A stretch of DNA of 64,000 nucleotides, taken from positions 11,098,001 to 11,162,000 of the forward strand of contig OZ286475.1 of NCBI GenBank assembly GCA_965644265.1, read 5' to 3'. This document shows positions 53,271-64,000 of this stretch, in pieces (within the stretch, counting starts at the first letter, position 1; the number at the start of each line of letters is the position of its first letter). The notes under the pieces were generated by a model. It was not told the origin of the DNA and made no database searches. It saw only the letters and a program-made list of their open reading frames with translations. The stretch comes from Glycera tridactyla. Taxonomy: Eukaryota. The position numbers and the translations under genes were made by a program.

Positions 53271-54639
53271 CTTTTTCAGTGAAGTATCAGGTGTTGAGTA
53301 TTGCGAATGTTACTTCACAGCTGGGTCAGAACTACTTTCTGACAACTTCTCCACTGATTCATGTGATAAAAGCAAGACTATCTAACTGTGAGTTAAAAAT
53401 ACAATACCAAACTCTGTGTGACTTTCTCCAGATGTCACTCGGCCTTCGGCTTCTTGACATCACTTAGAATTCACACCTCTTTGGTAATGCATTTTTACCT
53501 CACAGCCATATAGTCTTGCCATAGTTCAGCTACGTCAAGAGAAAAACTTCAGAATTCTTCAGGTGTCTTAGCATTGACCGTGAGTGTGGATGCAGGTATT
53601 TTCCTAGAGGGCCTCATGACAATCTGAATGTGAAACAGCTGGGAGAGACACCCTGCTATCACACAATGCAGGAGATGTTGTGGTCCACACACGATCTCAA
53701 GGCTCTGCTTAGTGATCTATCCAGGAGAGGCAATACTGGATCAAATGTTGCTGAACATGAAGAATACAACTTGTCTATAGTAGCCACAAAACTCCACATC
53801 AGTAATGGGAACTTCAGAATTGGGGTGGGGGGATGAATATTCGAGTGAGGCAATGGCTCTGGTGCGATTGTGGAGCAGTGGTCTCCGGATGCTCCCCCAT
53901 GAAATGATGATACCCAGCAAACACACCTCTGGTTTGCCATATACCATATGAATAGTGTCATTAATCCACCCCATCTATTCGGAAGCGCTGTTTCAAAATG
54001 CCATTCAATGCAAATGATGTGCATCCACTAGCAATGATAGACAATAATGACCACCTTCAATCAATTATCTGATTTATTCAGGTATTTATGTATTCATTCA
54101 TTCATCTAATGATTTGTATCGATATTCTAGATGTATATAATTCGCTCCTTTAAATATTATATAAAACTGTTTGTTTTCTGATCATACGCTAATTTAACTA
54201 TGGATGCTCTGATGATGTATGGTTTCAAATATTGTGTTTACACAAGCATGTGACATGATGTTTCATTATTACGTATACATCAGCATAACCAGTAGTTCAA
54301 AATCGAAAATGGAAACAAATAGATTGTTGAAACGGTTCTGTTCTTCATGGTTTTTTGTGGCAATCAACGGCAATTCTAGTCACATCACCAGTCTAGCTAT
54401 GCTATTCATTGGTTTTGTCATTTTGCTAATCTGCATATATTGGGGGGCTATTCATCGCAATTGTTGCACTTGGTTCTTGTTATATCACTAGATCAATATT
54501 GTATATGGAAAAAAGGATATTGCAGATATATTGCGATTCATGATTTGCGGTCTCAATAATCAGGGTCGATCCTTGTCAATTCACCAGTTCACCCAAGAAG
54601 GGGACCATCATTGGTCGTAGCATTGTCCTCATTTCCTCA

Positions 54640-54914
54640 TTATGGAAAGGCTGTCCTGAGCATCACGGCAGATGCACCTGGTTCTTGCCGGCAGCTATCT
54701 TCAAACTGCTGATGAAGGAAACATGTGTGGCGCCCATGAGTTGTTGGCACAAGAGAGATCCATCGGCATGGAAGGGACTGGGTGCACCTGATAGCACATT
54801 CTGATTTACTTCTGACATTCAGCTGAGCAGAGGCGGTGCATACTGGATCACTGCTGGATGTGCTCAGAGTCATCACTTGTGTCAGAGGTGTGAAACGGTG
54901 AGCACGTGGGTAGT
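54640..54914 (-). CDS. Paralogue E exon 4, PAN/Apple-like domain
   Basis: DYPRAHRFTPLTQV...ECAIRCTQSLPCRWISL...HTCFLHQQFEDSCRQEPG...TAFP*; all six Cys present. Confidence 0.75.
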
Positions 54915-55699
54915 CTACAAAAAAAAACAAAGATTACAATCAATCGAACTGGATTTGTCATCAACCACCGATATTGATGATAATCAAAATGATGATGACC
55001 AAAAATACTCATGAAAAAATGACGGTGGGAAATGTTTGTGCATGATCAATGACCAAGAAAAGGGACAAGCATCTGTGTCCCCATTTGTCTGTCTGTGCTT
55101 TTGGCTTTCAGACAGTGGGTATAAGATTGTCAGTCCACTGGTATGTCTATTCGTTTGTCAATTGTTCTGTGAGTCAATTTGTCATTAGGTAGGTTGATAT
55201 GGCTGTCTCCTTTTCTGGCTGGTTGGATAGATGTTTAACTACTTCCTGAATGCCCTGGAGGGCGAGGTTGTGCATCAATCAATTGGGTAGAGCTATATCT
55301 CTTCAATTTAAAGAGATTGTGAGACTGACATTCAGACTGAATACAAGCATGCCGAAAAGAGTAATGAGGTTGCTGATGAAATATACTCAATTATCCCAGC
55401 CAATTATCTTCTTTATCATACTTCAGGCGCTCATATTCTCTAGATTCCCTCATAGATGGTTAATGGTTGTTGCTGCCTAAACTCACCACTCAAAATTGGT
55501 AGGATTCGTTTTCTGTCTTTGATTGAAATGGGATCCAGCAACCTGCACCACGACCAAGACCACCCATTTTCTACCAGCACCTTCACCACCGTCGAAATCA
55601 CTGAAATCACTGCTATCCTCTTCACCCCCTACCTCTCACCACTGCTACACCAGCTGCACCATCGATACCACCACCACTATCTTCTATACCAATACATAC

Positions 55700-55855
55700 C
55701 ACATATTAAAAGATTCATAGTGTCCTCCATCTTCACACCGCCATATGGAACAAACAATTGCTCCTTCTCCGCAACATAGTAGCCAGGCTGATGCTTGTGA
55801 CAACCAACCACTGATTGGGCCAAATAGAGACTTCTTCCTGAGTTGTCATAGCCAC
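55700..55855 (-). CDS. Paralogue E exon 3, DM9 repeat 2
   Basis: GGYDNSGRSLYLAQSVVGCHKHQPGYYVAEKEQLFVPYGGVKMEDTMNLLIC G|GTATGT, 156 nt. Confidence 0.75.
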
Positions 55856-56290
55856 CTACAACAAACAGCACCAATCTACATCGTGAGGTATTTGCTCAAT
55901 TTGTAAGCTCCAACCTCATCCTGCAAGATGAGCATCTTCCAGCATTCATTCATAGAAAATATTATCAAGAGGCTATCATGGTTGATCCTGGTGTAGGTAA
56001 GGAACATCTTTGCTATGTCTATAAGCACATCAAACCTAATTTTTGATAATCTACATGCTTTCGAGAAGGATATGCTCTTATTCCATTAAATTCATATGCT
56101 CAAATAGTTAAAATTATTAGTTGATCGTCATTGACAGTACACCAAGCCCATAAACTTTGCCCATCTCATGCTGTTTCATTAAGCAAATATGAAACTGAAA
56201 AAAGCCATACTAGGATCTATCACAATGAGAAATGTGTCCTGTGGTAAAGAGAGATTGATGAATGTACAATCAGACCCAGAATTGACTGAC

Positions 56291-56605
56291 CTTCAACGGC
56301 ACTGCTTGGGAAGTCATTCTGTGCTGGGTTGAAGGGCATCCATTGGCACTCTCCATGATGAGTGGTGAGTATTTCAGCCGGGCCACCATAGCTCATCTCT
56401 CGTGTTTCATCATAAGCGAACCAGTATCTACTCCAGCAGGGGCATGCTTTGGGGATAAACAGACCTCTGTTGTAAGGATGGCGTACGATGTAGGTTGTGA
56501 TGGAGCTGCATAAATTATCGCTTTGAACTTCCATTGAGCCATCCGGGAGAGCATTAGCATCAAGTGGAGCTGCTGGCACCGGGGACCAACCAAGCTGTAC
56601 TGCAT
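56291..56605 (-). CDS. Paralogue E exon 2, DM9 repeat 1
   Basis: AVQLGWSPVPAAPLDANALPDGS...YIVRHPYNRGLFIPKA...AEILTTHHGECQWMPFNPAQNDFPSSAVE G|GTCAGT, 315 nt. Confidence 0.75.
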
Positions 56606-59047
56606 CTGCAAGGGAGTAGATGGAGGGGGTGCAACACGTCTGTGGTAAAATATGATACTGACCTGAAGTAGCATGATGATTGGCCAAATAGATATCTGTG
56701 CGGAATCCAAATTATGAACCACCTCGAAATTTGATTGGTATTTGATGCACTAACATTCAACATACATATGTCAAAGATGGTTATCCAGGCGTGTTCATGA
56801 GGAGCGTGGATTGTACATTAGCCACTCAGACAGTTGATACCCGGGCTAGTGAATGTACTTATGATCGCCTAGTAGCACCTAGTAGACACATCTCACGACA
56901 CATAAGAGTGAGGGATTGCTCACAGGATCGACTCTCCATAGGCTGGCGGTGGTTCACCTAGGCTCACTTTTGTTCACCCAGGCTCACCAACATGAATGAC
57001 CAACGATGATATCCAGGCTAAATGAAGTCAATTTATTCCTTCCCTCTTCGACAGGTACACGAATGCAGTGGGAAGGACTGAGAAGCTGAAGTTCATCCTA
57101 TCTCGGCAGCGACGGTCCCCGTAGGCTCCCAGAAGATCTTCTCTGCTTCTCATTCCTTCCCTCACAGTTTTATACTATTCAGATAGAATGGAATGCTCCA
57201 CCTCGAGTGCCTGCCCAGCCTTCTAAGAAGCTGCAAAGGCACATAGTGTGTCCCGATTTCCCTTAGTAGCCACATTTTCCCTAGCAACCAGGGCCTTATA
57301 AGTCTTGCCCTGTTGTCAATTGTGGAACCAGGTCACTACCGTGCTCTGCACGAGCATACATAATGGCAGCCAAGATGGCTCTGCCAACATCAGGGGCAGA
57401 AAGAGCCTATGCACGCTGGCCTGGATTCATGGTTATTTTTAGGAACTAAAAATACCTGCCAGCCTATTAGCATCTGCCCGGCTTCAGCAGCAGCCTGCAT
57501 AGTGGAAAAATACCAACGCTTGCAGCAGCCTTTCTGACCTGCTTCAAACCTGTCTCCATTGTCCGGCTGAAAATGCTACCACTTCTGACAATGACTCGAA
57601 TAAAATCGCTGAGACATGTGAGCTTCATTATGATGACTTTGGCCGCACATTTCAACGAAATTTGCCACTTTTGAGTTGTAGGCAGGAATGTGGTAACTTT
57701 CCATATAGTATTTCGGTTTTGTCAACGTCGTTGAAAGAACAATTACCAGCATGCGAGGCGAGATTCGACGTCCGAATCACAACAGGAGCTGGCAAATAAT
57801 TTTTTTACTAGAGCATATGGGTTCAAATTCAGGTTCACACTGGTTTATCAGACCAGTTTAAGTTCCTGTTTATCCGAGTTCAAGTTTGTGTCCATACTGG
57901 TCCACGATTCTCGGTAATGTTCATCAGATATCATATCATATTTTACACAAATTTTATATTCAAAACATTTCGAGGATTTCATCGATGAAAACGTTATCTA
58001 CCTCCACCTTGAACGTAACTGATTTCTTCATGAAAGACGCAATAAATAGGAGTTGGGAGAAAGCAAACAGTTCTATCTTTGGAGTTGTGTTCCCAACCCT
58101 TGCCGCTGGAGATGTGAATCAATGCAGCCAGTTACTTGCTTTTTGGAAGCACCCAGTATGACCCTTTCTATCTCAGATTACGTTTTCGTGATCAGGTCAA
58201 ATTTCCCCCGATCATCAGGATCATGCTTGTCATCATATTCGTATTTGACTTCAACATCATCATCATGATCATCATCATAAACATATACATCATAAACATA
58301 TGCAAGTGGTAAACACATACACCCACAAACGAACTTACAATTCTCGCTGTGGGCCACACTTTTTACTGTTATAGTCTTTCAAGCTCTATCGTGGCGGGTA
58401 CGTTTTTCGCCCTGGCATCGCGAATTCGCATCCGATTTGAATGAAACTTGCAGACAGAGACGGTGTACATGTCCGGCGACTAAAAATGTGATCTCAGCGA
58501 AGTTTCCTTGTATATTTCACCTCAGAATGCAATATATGATGATTTCAAGCTGGTTTCGCGGCAGGTGCGGCGGTCGTACGTACGTTGTAAACATGGGGAA
58601 GACCGGGCGATAATGCCTGAACATTCGCCGAATAAGTACAATGAAATGATGGCGTACTCCTCTTCAAAAGCATACAGGGTCCCTGAAACCCAATTCGATA
58701 ATCATTGGAACACTTCTACAAACTGAAATCAGACGAGTGATGAGGACAGGAGTGCTTGGATCATACCCGCCAAATTTGGATCTGACAGACTTCAGACAAA
58801 ATGTTGCCATTAAAAAGCCTCTCTTCGGGTATGCTATACAATTTGGATGATCCCTCTACCCAGAGTGCATGATTACTCAGAACCCGGATAGCATGTTGGT
58901 CTAATCATGACTGAAGGATGCCTACCTCGAACCAGAAAAGTGCTCCAGTGGGAGAGATAATGGCAACGACGGTGTTGAGTTTAACGACAGCAGTGACGGT
59001 GACAATGATGATGATGATGATGACGGCGATAAAAGTGACTATGACAA

Positions 59048-59190
59048 NNNNNNNNNNNNNNNNNNNNNNNNNNNNNNNNNNNNNNNNNNNNNNNNNNNNN
59101 NNNNNNNNNNNNNNNNNNNNNNNNNNNNNNNNNNNNNNNNNNNNNNNNNNNNNNNNNNNNNNNNNNNNNNNNNNNNNNNNNNNNNNNNNN
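59048..59190. other. Assembly gap or masked sequence
   Basis: N run next to (GAT/GAC)n low-complexity sequence. Confidence 0.95.
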
Positions 59191-59932
59191 NACCACGGCT
59201 GTGCAAGTGCAAGTGGATTAACATGGTGATTCAACTAGGCCTTAGGCCTCGTGAAATTTCAACTCGACCCTTCCCACTTTGTTAGATATGGCATAAAACA
59301 CGGCTATGGTTTCATCCTATTTGGTGAGCTTATATGAAATGCTGAGATACGTCCTGGCGTTGATTCATCACTGTAAAAACTGTTAGTAAGCTCTTCTCAA
59401 TATATTTGAGTCATCTGAACTTGACAAGTTATGATAACTTGCACTTTCATAGTACAGATGACAAATAAGGTTTTGCAAGTTAAGTCAACTGATGTAAGAT
59501 GAGTTTATTCATGTCCTGCCGCCGAATTGAGGCCAGGTGTTTATGTTTCACTCCTGCATCTACCATGGATACATGGTGTGTGTGTATGAGAGGGAGTTGG
59601 GTACATCCTGTCTCCTTCCCCTGCTGGTCAGGCATCTAATCTGCCACTTATAATCTGCGCTACTCTGCCAAACTGCTGTAACAGACATTCATCAAGTGAC
59701 TTGTCTCAAAATCCTATTTAATCCAGCCAAGTACGTAATTATCAATCTATGCATTCTCAATTTGATGCATCAATATTGAGAGAGCTGTCTTTTCCACAAT
59801 GATTGTTTGGTTTTTGTGATATCATGTGTACCAGTTGATTTATATTCGAATTACAGCCATGACCTAGATTCAGATTTGGGCAAGTGAGTTGCATCCCATG
59901 CATTGGTTGACTCTAGTACAGTCACACCTGTC

Positions 59933-60953
59933 AGTAGTATGAATGTGTCCTCGTGAGTCGTTTTGGTGCAATATTTGCATGCAATTCTCCATAGAGAATA
60001 CCCGTGAGTCGTTTTGGTGCAGCAGCGTCAACGATGTATATGTGAGGAGTAGAGAGAGAGGAGGTGTTTTGATGCTACGCAGCAGGTGTCACTACTCCAA
60101 AAATTCCTACCAGATAATACCTATGCAGTTTTGGAGACAGATACAGATTCATTATATATAGCATTGTCCGAAAACACTCTTGAAGCATGTGTCCCTTCTT
60201 CAAAGCGAGCAGAGTTTTACCATCAACTCAGACAATGGATGCCTGTAAAAGCGTGTGATAAGCATTATGATGCCTATGTCAAGCACATGAATATAAATTC
60301 AAATCCCTCTACTTGGGAAGCAAGGAAATGTTGCTTGGAACATTATAAGTATGAATGTCGCACACCTGGAAAATGGAAGCTTGAAGCTGAAGGTCATGAA
60401 ATGATTTGTCTTAATTCAAAGACATATATTCTGCATGACGATACTTCCAATATCAACAAGATCTCAACTAAAGGACTAAGCAAAAGACTCAATAGCTTCA
60501 AGCTATCCCATTTCAAAGATGTTTTATCATCAAGAAGAAGTCATGAAGGAATAAATAGAGGGATAAAAGTATCCAAAAATAAACAGATTTTCACCTATGA
60601 ACAGAAGCGAACAGCCTTGTCATATCTATATATCAAAAGAAAAGTGCTTTCTGATGGTATATCCACAGCACCTCTAAAAATATAAACTATGTAATGAAAA
60701 AAAAAGAAAAGAAAATATGTAATGAAAAAAAAGAAAAGAAAATATCATCAATAATAATTTTTTGAGCCGTGAATTTTATTCATGGTTTTGAGGAGTGGAT
60801 AGGTGGAGAGAGAATTGATGAATGGATGCACCAAAACGACTCATATATACATCGTTGATGCTGCTGCACCAAAACGACTCACGGGTATTCTCTATGGAGA
60901 ATTGCATGCAAATATTGCACCAAAACGATTCACGAGGACACATTCATACTACT
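59933..60953. mobile_element. Non-autonomous mini-Polinton/Maverick, 1,021 bp
   Basis: 5'-AGTAGT...ACTACT-3' termini, ~114-bp TIRs (59933-60046 and 60840-60953, about 3 mismatches), perfect 6-bp TSD CCTGTC (59927-59932 and 60954-60959), internal pPolB fragment. Confidence 0.93.
60086..60685 (+). pseudogene. C-terminal ~200 aa of a Polinton-type protein-primed DNA polymerase B
   Basis: ETDTDSLYIA (motif C), RTPGKWKLE, LNSKTY, STKG and the terminal YIKRKVLSDGISTAPL*. The frame is open but lacks the N-terminal exonuclease/TPR region and an ATG at its 5' end. Confidence 0.88.
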
Positions 60954-61685
60954 CCTGTCTACAAAAAACCATCTGTGGTTACATTGAGAAATGGTCTATG
61001 AAGGCAGGCAGTCTTTGTTCAGAAGTTGCTCAATGTGAACATGATATCATGATTATAGTTCTTGGTGACCCCCCCCCCCTATAGGCAGGTGGTCTTTGTG
61101 TAGAAGTGGTCTCTCAAACAGGTCTATAACTCAATTTCATGTGAAGGTGATCAGGGTTTATGATACCATGCCTCGCATTCCAGGTTTTCAGGCCTCATAC
61201 ATTATGCAAGTGTTTATATTCCACAGAGATGTTGCTCCTAAAAAAGTCAAACTTGTATACAAAGACCATACTTGATCACATCAAAACTTGGTCTCAGAAA
61301 GGTCATTGAGGATAGGCTGTCTACTGTATTAATACCTATCTTCATTATTGGAAATGGGCATATATTTGTTTTGTTGGTATACGCTGGTTGAGCCTGAAAA
61401 GCAGTTTATTGACCCTTATCATTTCAGGTAACTATTCTTCAATTCTCAGCTCAAATAAATCAGTTTTTGTGTATTAACCCTCATCATTTCAGGTGATCAT
61501 TCCAAGCAAAGTTGGAGCCAACTATTTGGTAAAATCTGTACGGATAAGTTACCGTCACTCAATACTTTCGAGTTTGTTTGACTTGATATTCAGTGATATT
61601 GAGGGAAGTCTACTGTTTGACAAGTTGAGTCAACTCAGTATATAGAGTTGGATTGAAAGAACACATCAAGTTATGCCGAAGAGTC

Positions 61686-64000
61686 AAAGGCTTCAAAGGC
61701 TTCAAAGGCTTCGAGGCTTCAGAGGCTTCAAAAACTTTATTCTGATTGATGAATAATACACTCATCTCCCTCAAACAGATTGCACATCACAATACATAAA
61801 ATATACGTGACAGTTATACATCTTTTCACAGAATGAAGTTACAACTCAGTACGTAGTAACAGGAAAATATGTAAGGCAGAAAAACAAAGCGCAGAATGTG
61901 TGGTTGATTCACTATGGCAGATTTACATTTCACCAGGTACTTAGCAAGATTTCACCGGACATCACCAAAAATAAAATAACAAGTCGTGACATCATATCAA
62001 TATAAAACCGCGACAAATAGCCGCCTGACCGAAGGACTGCAGTAGACCATAATACTATGGTCGCCAACTATCGCATATCAAACCTAATGCCATTTACCCT
62101 GCTCTAAAAGATTGTAACACTTCCTGCTTCTTCGGTGTGAGCAGGGAGACCATTGAAGGCACGAGCTCCCCTGACTGATAGTCTGCGATCTGCCAATATG
62201 CAGGTTGACATAGGAATCTGAAAGAAGTTTCCAACTTGTCGGCGAGTGAAAGGGCCTTTTTGCTGAACTTGTCGGGTATACAGACCATTCAGGGGTGGGG
62301 GTACTAGATCGTGGATTCCTTGATAGACCACAGTGCAGAGGTGCTTGTGCCTGCGTGGACGGAGATAGTCCAACTTCAATTCCTCATGCATTTCCACTAC
62401 ACTGCGAAATCGATCAGCTTGCAGGATGATCATGCAAGCAACATTCTGAAGCCTTTGTAGGCGGAGCGAGTCATTGACAGACAATGTATCGTAAGAACAG
62501 TCACAGTAATCAATCACCGGGAGAACCAGAGAACTGTATAGCATCATTGCAATATCTTGGGAAATACAGTTCCCGGCCCTTCCGATGATTGACAATTTGT
62601 TTGTGCAATTACCAATTAAATAATTCACATGATGTGTAAGAGTCAGATGGCTGTCTAGCCAGACTCCTAGATATTTTAATCGGTCAATTCGCTCTAGTAC
62701 AGACCCATTCATTACCATGTCTATGTTATTGAAGTTGCACATTTGAGTTCGGCTACCCAGCAGCATCCACTTTGTTTTCTTGGTATTAATTGTGAGCTTA
62801 TTTGAGTAGAACCATGATTCGAATTCGAGAATTCCTAGCTGCAATTTCAGCTCGAAGTCATCGCTGTCGGCACTCGAATATGGACCATGGTAGTGAAGTC
62901 TATCAAGCACATCACCGTGGAGTGGTTTTTCCTGAAGCCTGACTGGGCCTCCGAGAGAAGGTTATGTCCTTCTAGATAGGCACAGCATTGCTGGTGTACC
63001 AGCCTTTCCAGTAGCTTCCTAAAGGTGGGTAATACCGAGATTGGTCTGTAATTTTGTTTGTCATTCTGACTACCAGACTTGTGTAGGGGCTTGACTATAG
63101 CACGTTTCCATACATCAGGGAACTTGCTTGTTTGTATGCTCATGTTTATTAGCTGGACTACGACAGTACCTAGGGCCTCCCCTCCAGCTTCAACAATCTG
63201 GGACCCAACATCATCCTCTGCACTTGCGTTTGAGCTGTTAATTTTCTTTACTGCGTGCATATAGTCAGTGATTTTTACTTCTTTAAGCTCAAAAACGGGC
63301 GGCAGGCAGACGCCTTCGAGGAGCTCTGTTCGAGAGATATCTTGATATTTTTCGGCAAGTTTTTCTCCTTTTTCAGTGAAATGTTGGTTTAGGTATTCAG
63401 CCACTTTCTCGGGCTCGGTCTCATTGTCTATTCTCACAACGCCAGATGACGGGTTGGCTTTTTTGCCCGGCCAAAAACTTCTTTGGGTTTTTGGCATGTG
63501 TTTTCAATTTTTCGCAGATATAGGTTCCCTTTAGAGTTTGTTTCAGAGAGTTGCACTGTTCAGCAAAGAGTTTAGAGTATCGTTGATGTAGTTCATTATT
63601 TGATCTTCGATGTCTCCCTGGCCAGTATTCTCTGCTGTCTACCAATGCCAGGAATTCACCGTTCACCCAGGGTGCATTCACAATTCGGCGTTTCGATGTC
63701 CGAACTGGTAGGTGTTTGTTCATTACTGCTATAAGTTTATTATGGAAATCCGATGCGATTATATCCACATTTCGAGATTCAGTATCGAGAACTATGCTTC
63801 CCATGTCATCTGCAAATTCTGGGCAATATATGTTGCGATAGGAACGATATTCTCGTCTTTCTTTTGCTTTGCTGATTTTTGCTCTCTGCCTGAAGGCAAA
63901 TACTGAACAATGATCACTCAGACCCGGATTTAGGATACCTGAGTGAGCGAATTTTGTTCCATCAGTGATTCTCGTTGGAGATTCGATGAGTTGATCCAGT
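61686..64000 (-). mobile_element. CR1/L2-group LINE (RT plus linker), frameshifted, runs off the window
   Basis: NYRPISVLPTF.KLLERLVH, QSGFRKNHST, INTKKTKWML, KYLGVWLDSHLT and IDYCD in ORFs 62104-63804. The 3' end is AATAAA plus (TTTGAAGCC)n at 61686-61742. Confidence 0.92.

Larger units (their letters stand above)
54640..58076 (-). pseudogene. DM9-DM9-PAN/Apple paralogue E: intact exons 2-4, disabled exon 1
   Basis: Exons 56605-56291, 55855-55700 and 54914-54640 are open and in frame with canonical splice sites. The exon 1 homolog (58076-58019) has ATG changed to ATA and donor GTAAGT changed to TTACGT. Confidence 0.7.
59919..61125. mobile_element. Tc1/mariner-type MITE interrupted by the mini-Polinton
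   Basis: TA|CAGTCACACCTGTC at 59919 resumes after the insert as TACAAAAAACCATCTG...GGTGGTCTTTGTGTAGAAGTGGTCTCTCAAACAGG; the right end is degenerate. Confidence 0.55.

Overview
AT-rich eukaryotic (animal, invertebrate-like) genomic DNA with GT-AG introns and four N-masked gaps. The main content is a cluster of five paralogous four-exon genes that I assembled by hand from splice sites: A (-, 1.4-3.3 kb), B (+, 6.4-10.4 kb), C (+, 18.7-22.8 kb), D (+, 25.8-30.9 kb) and E (-, 54.6-58.1 kb), plus an orphan exon fragment at 45.7-46.0 kb. Each gene encodes a predicted signal peptide, two DM9 (DUF3421) repeats and a C-terminal PAN/Apple-like Cys domain (about 245-268 aa), with all introns in phase 1. 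B and C look intact. D has an in-frame Apple deletion, E has lost the ATG and splice donor of its first exon, and A is a pseudogene. D and E lie in opposite arms of an inverted segmental duplication. The rest is mobile DNA: a 1,021-bp non-autonomous mini-Polinton/Maverick (AGTAGT termini, ~114-bp TIRs, perfect 6-bp TSD, pPolB C-terminal ORF), a probable 12.2-kb CR1/L2-group LINE with a >1,000-codon ORF1 far upstream of a frameshifted ORF2, a second CR1-group LINE at the right edge, LINE and Penelope fragments, MITEs and two minisatellites. No database search was run. Domain calls come from motif recognition and are not expression-validated.
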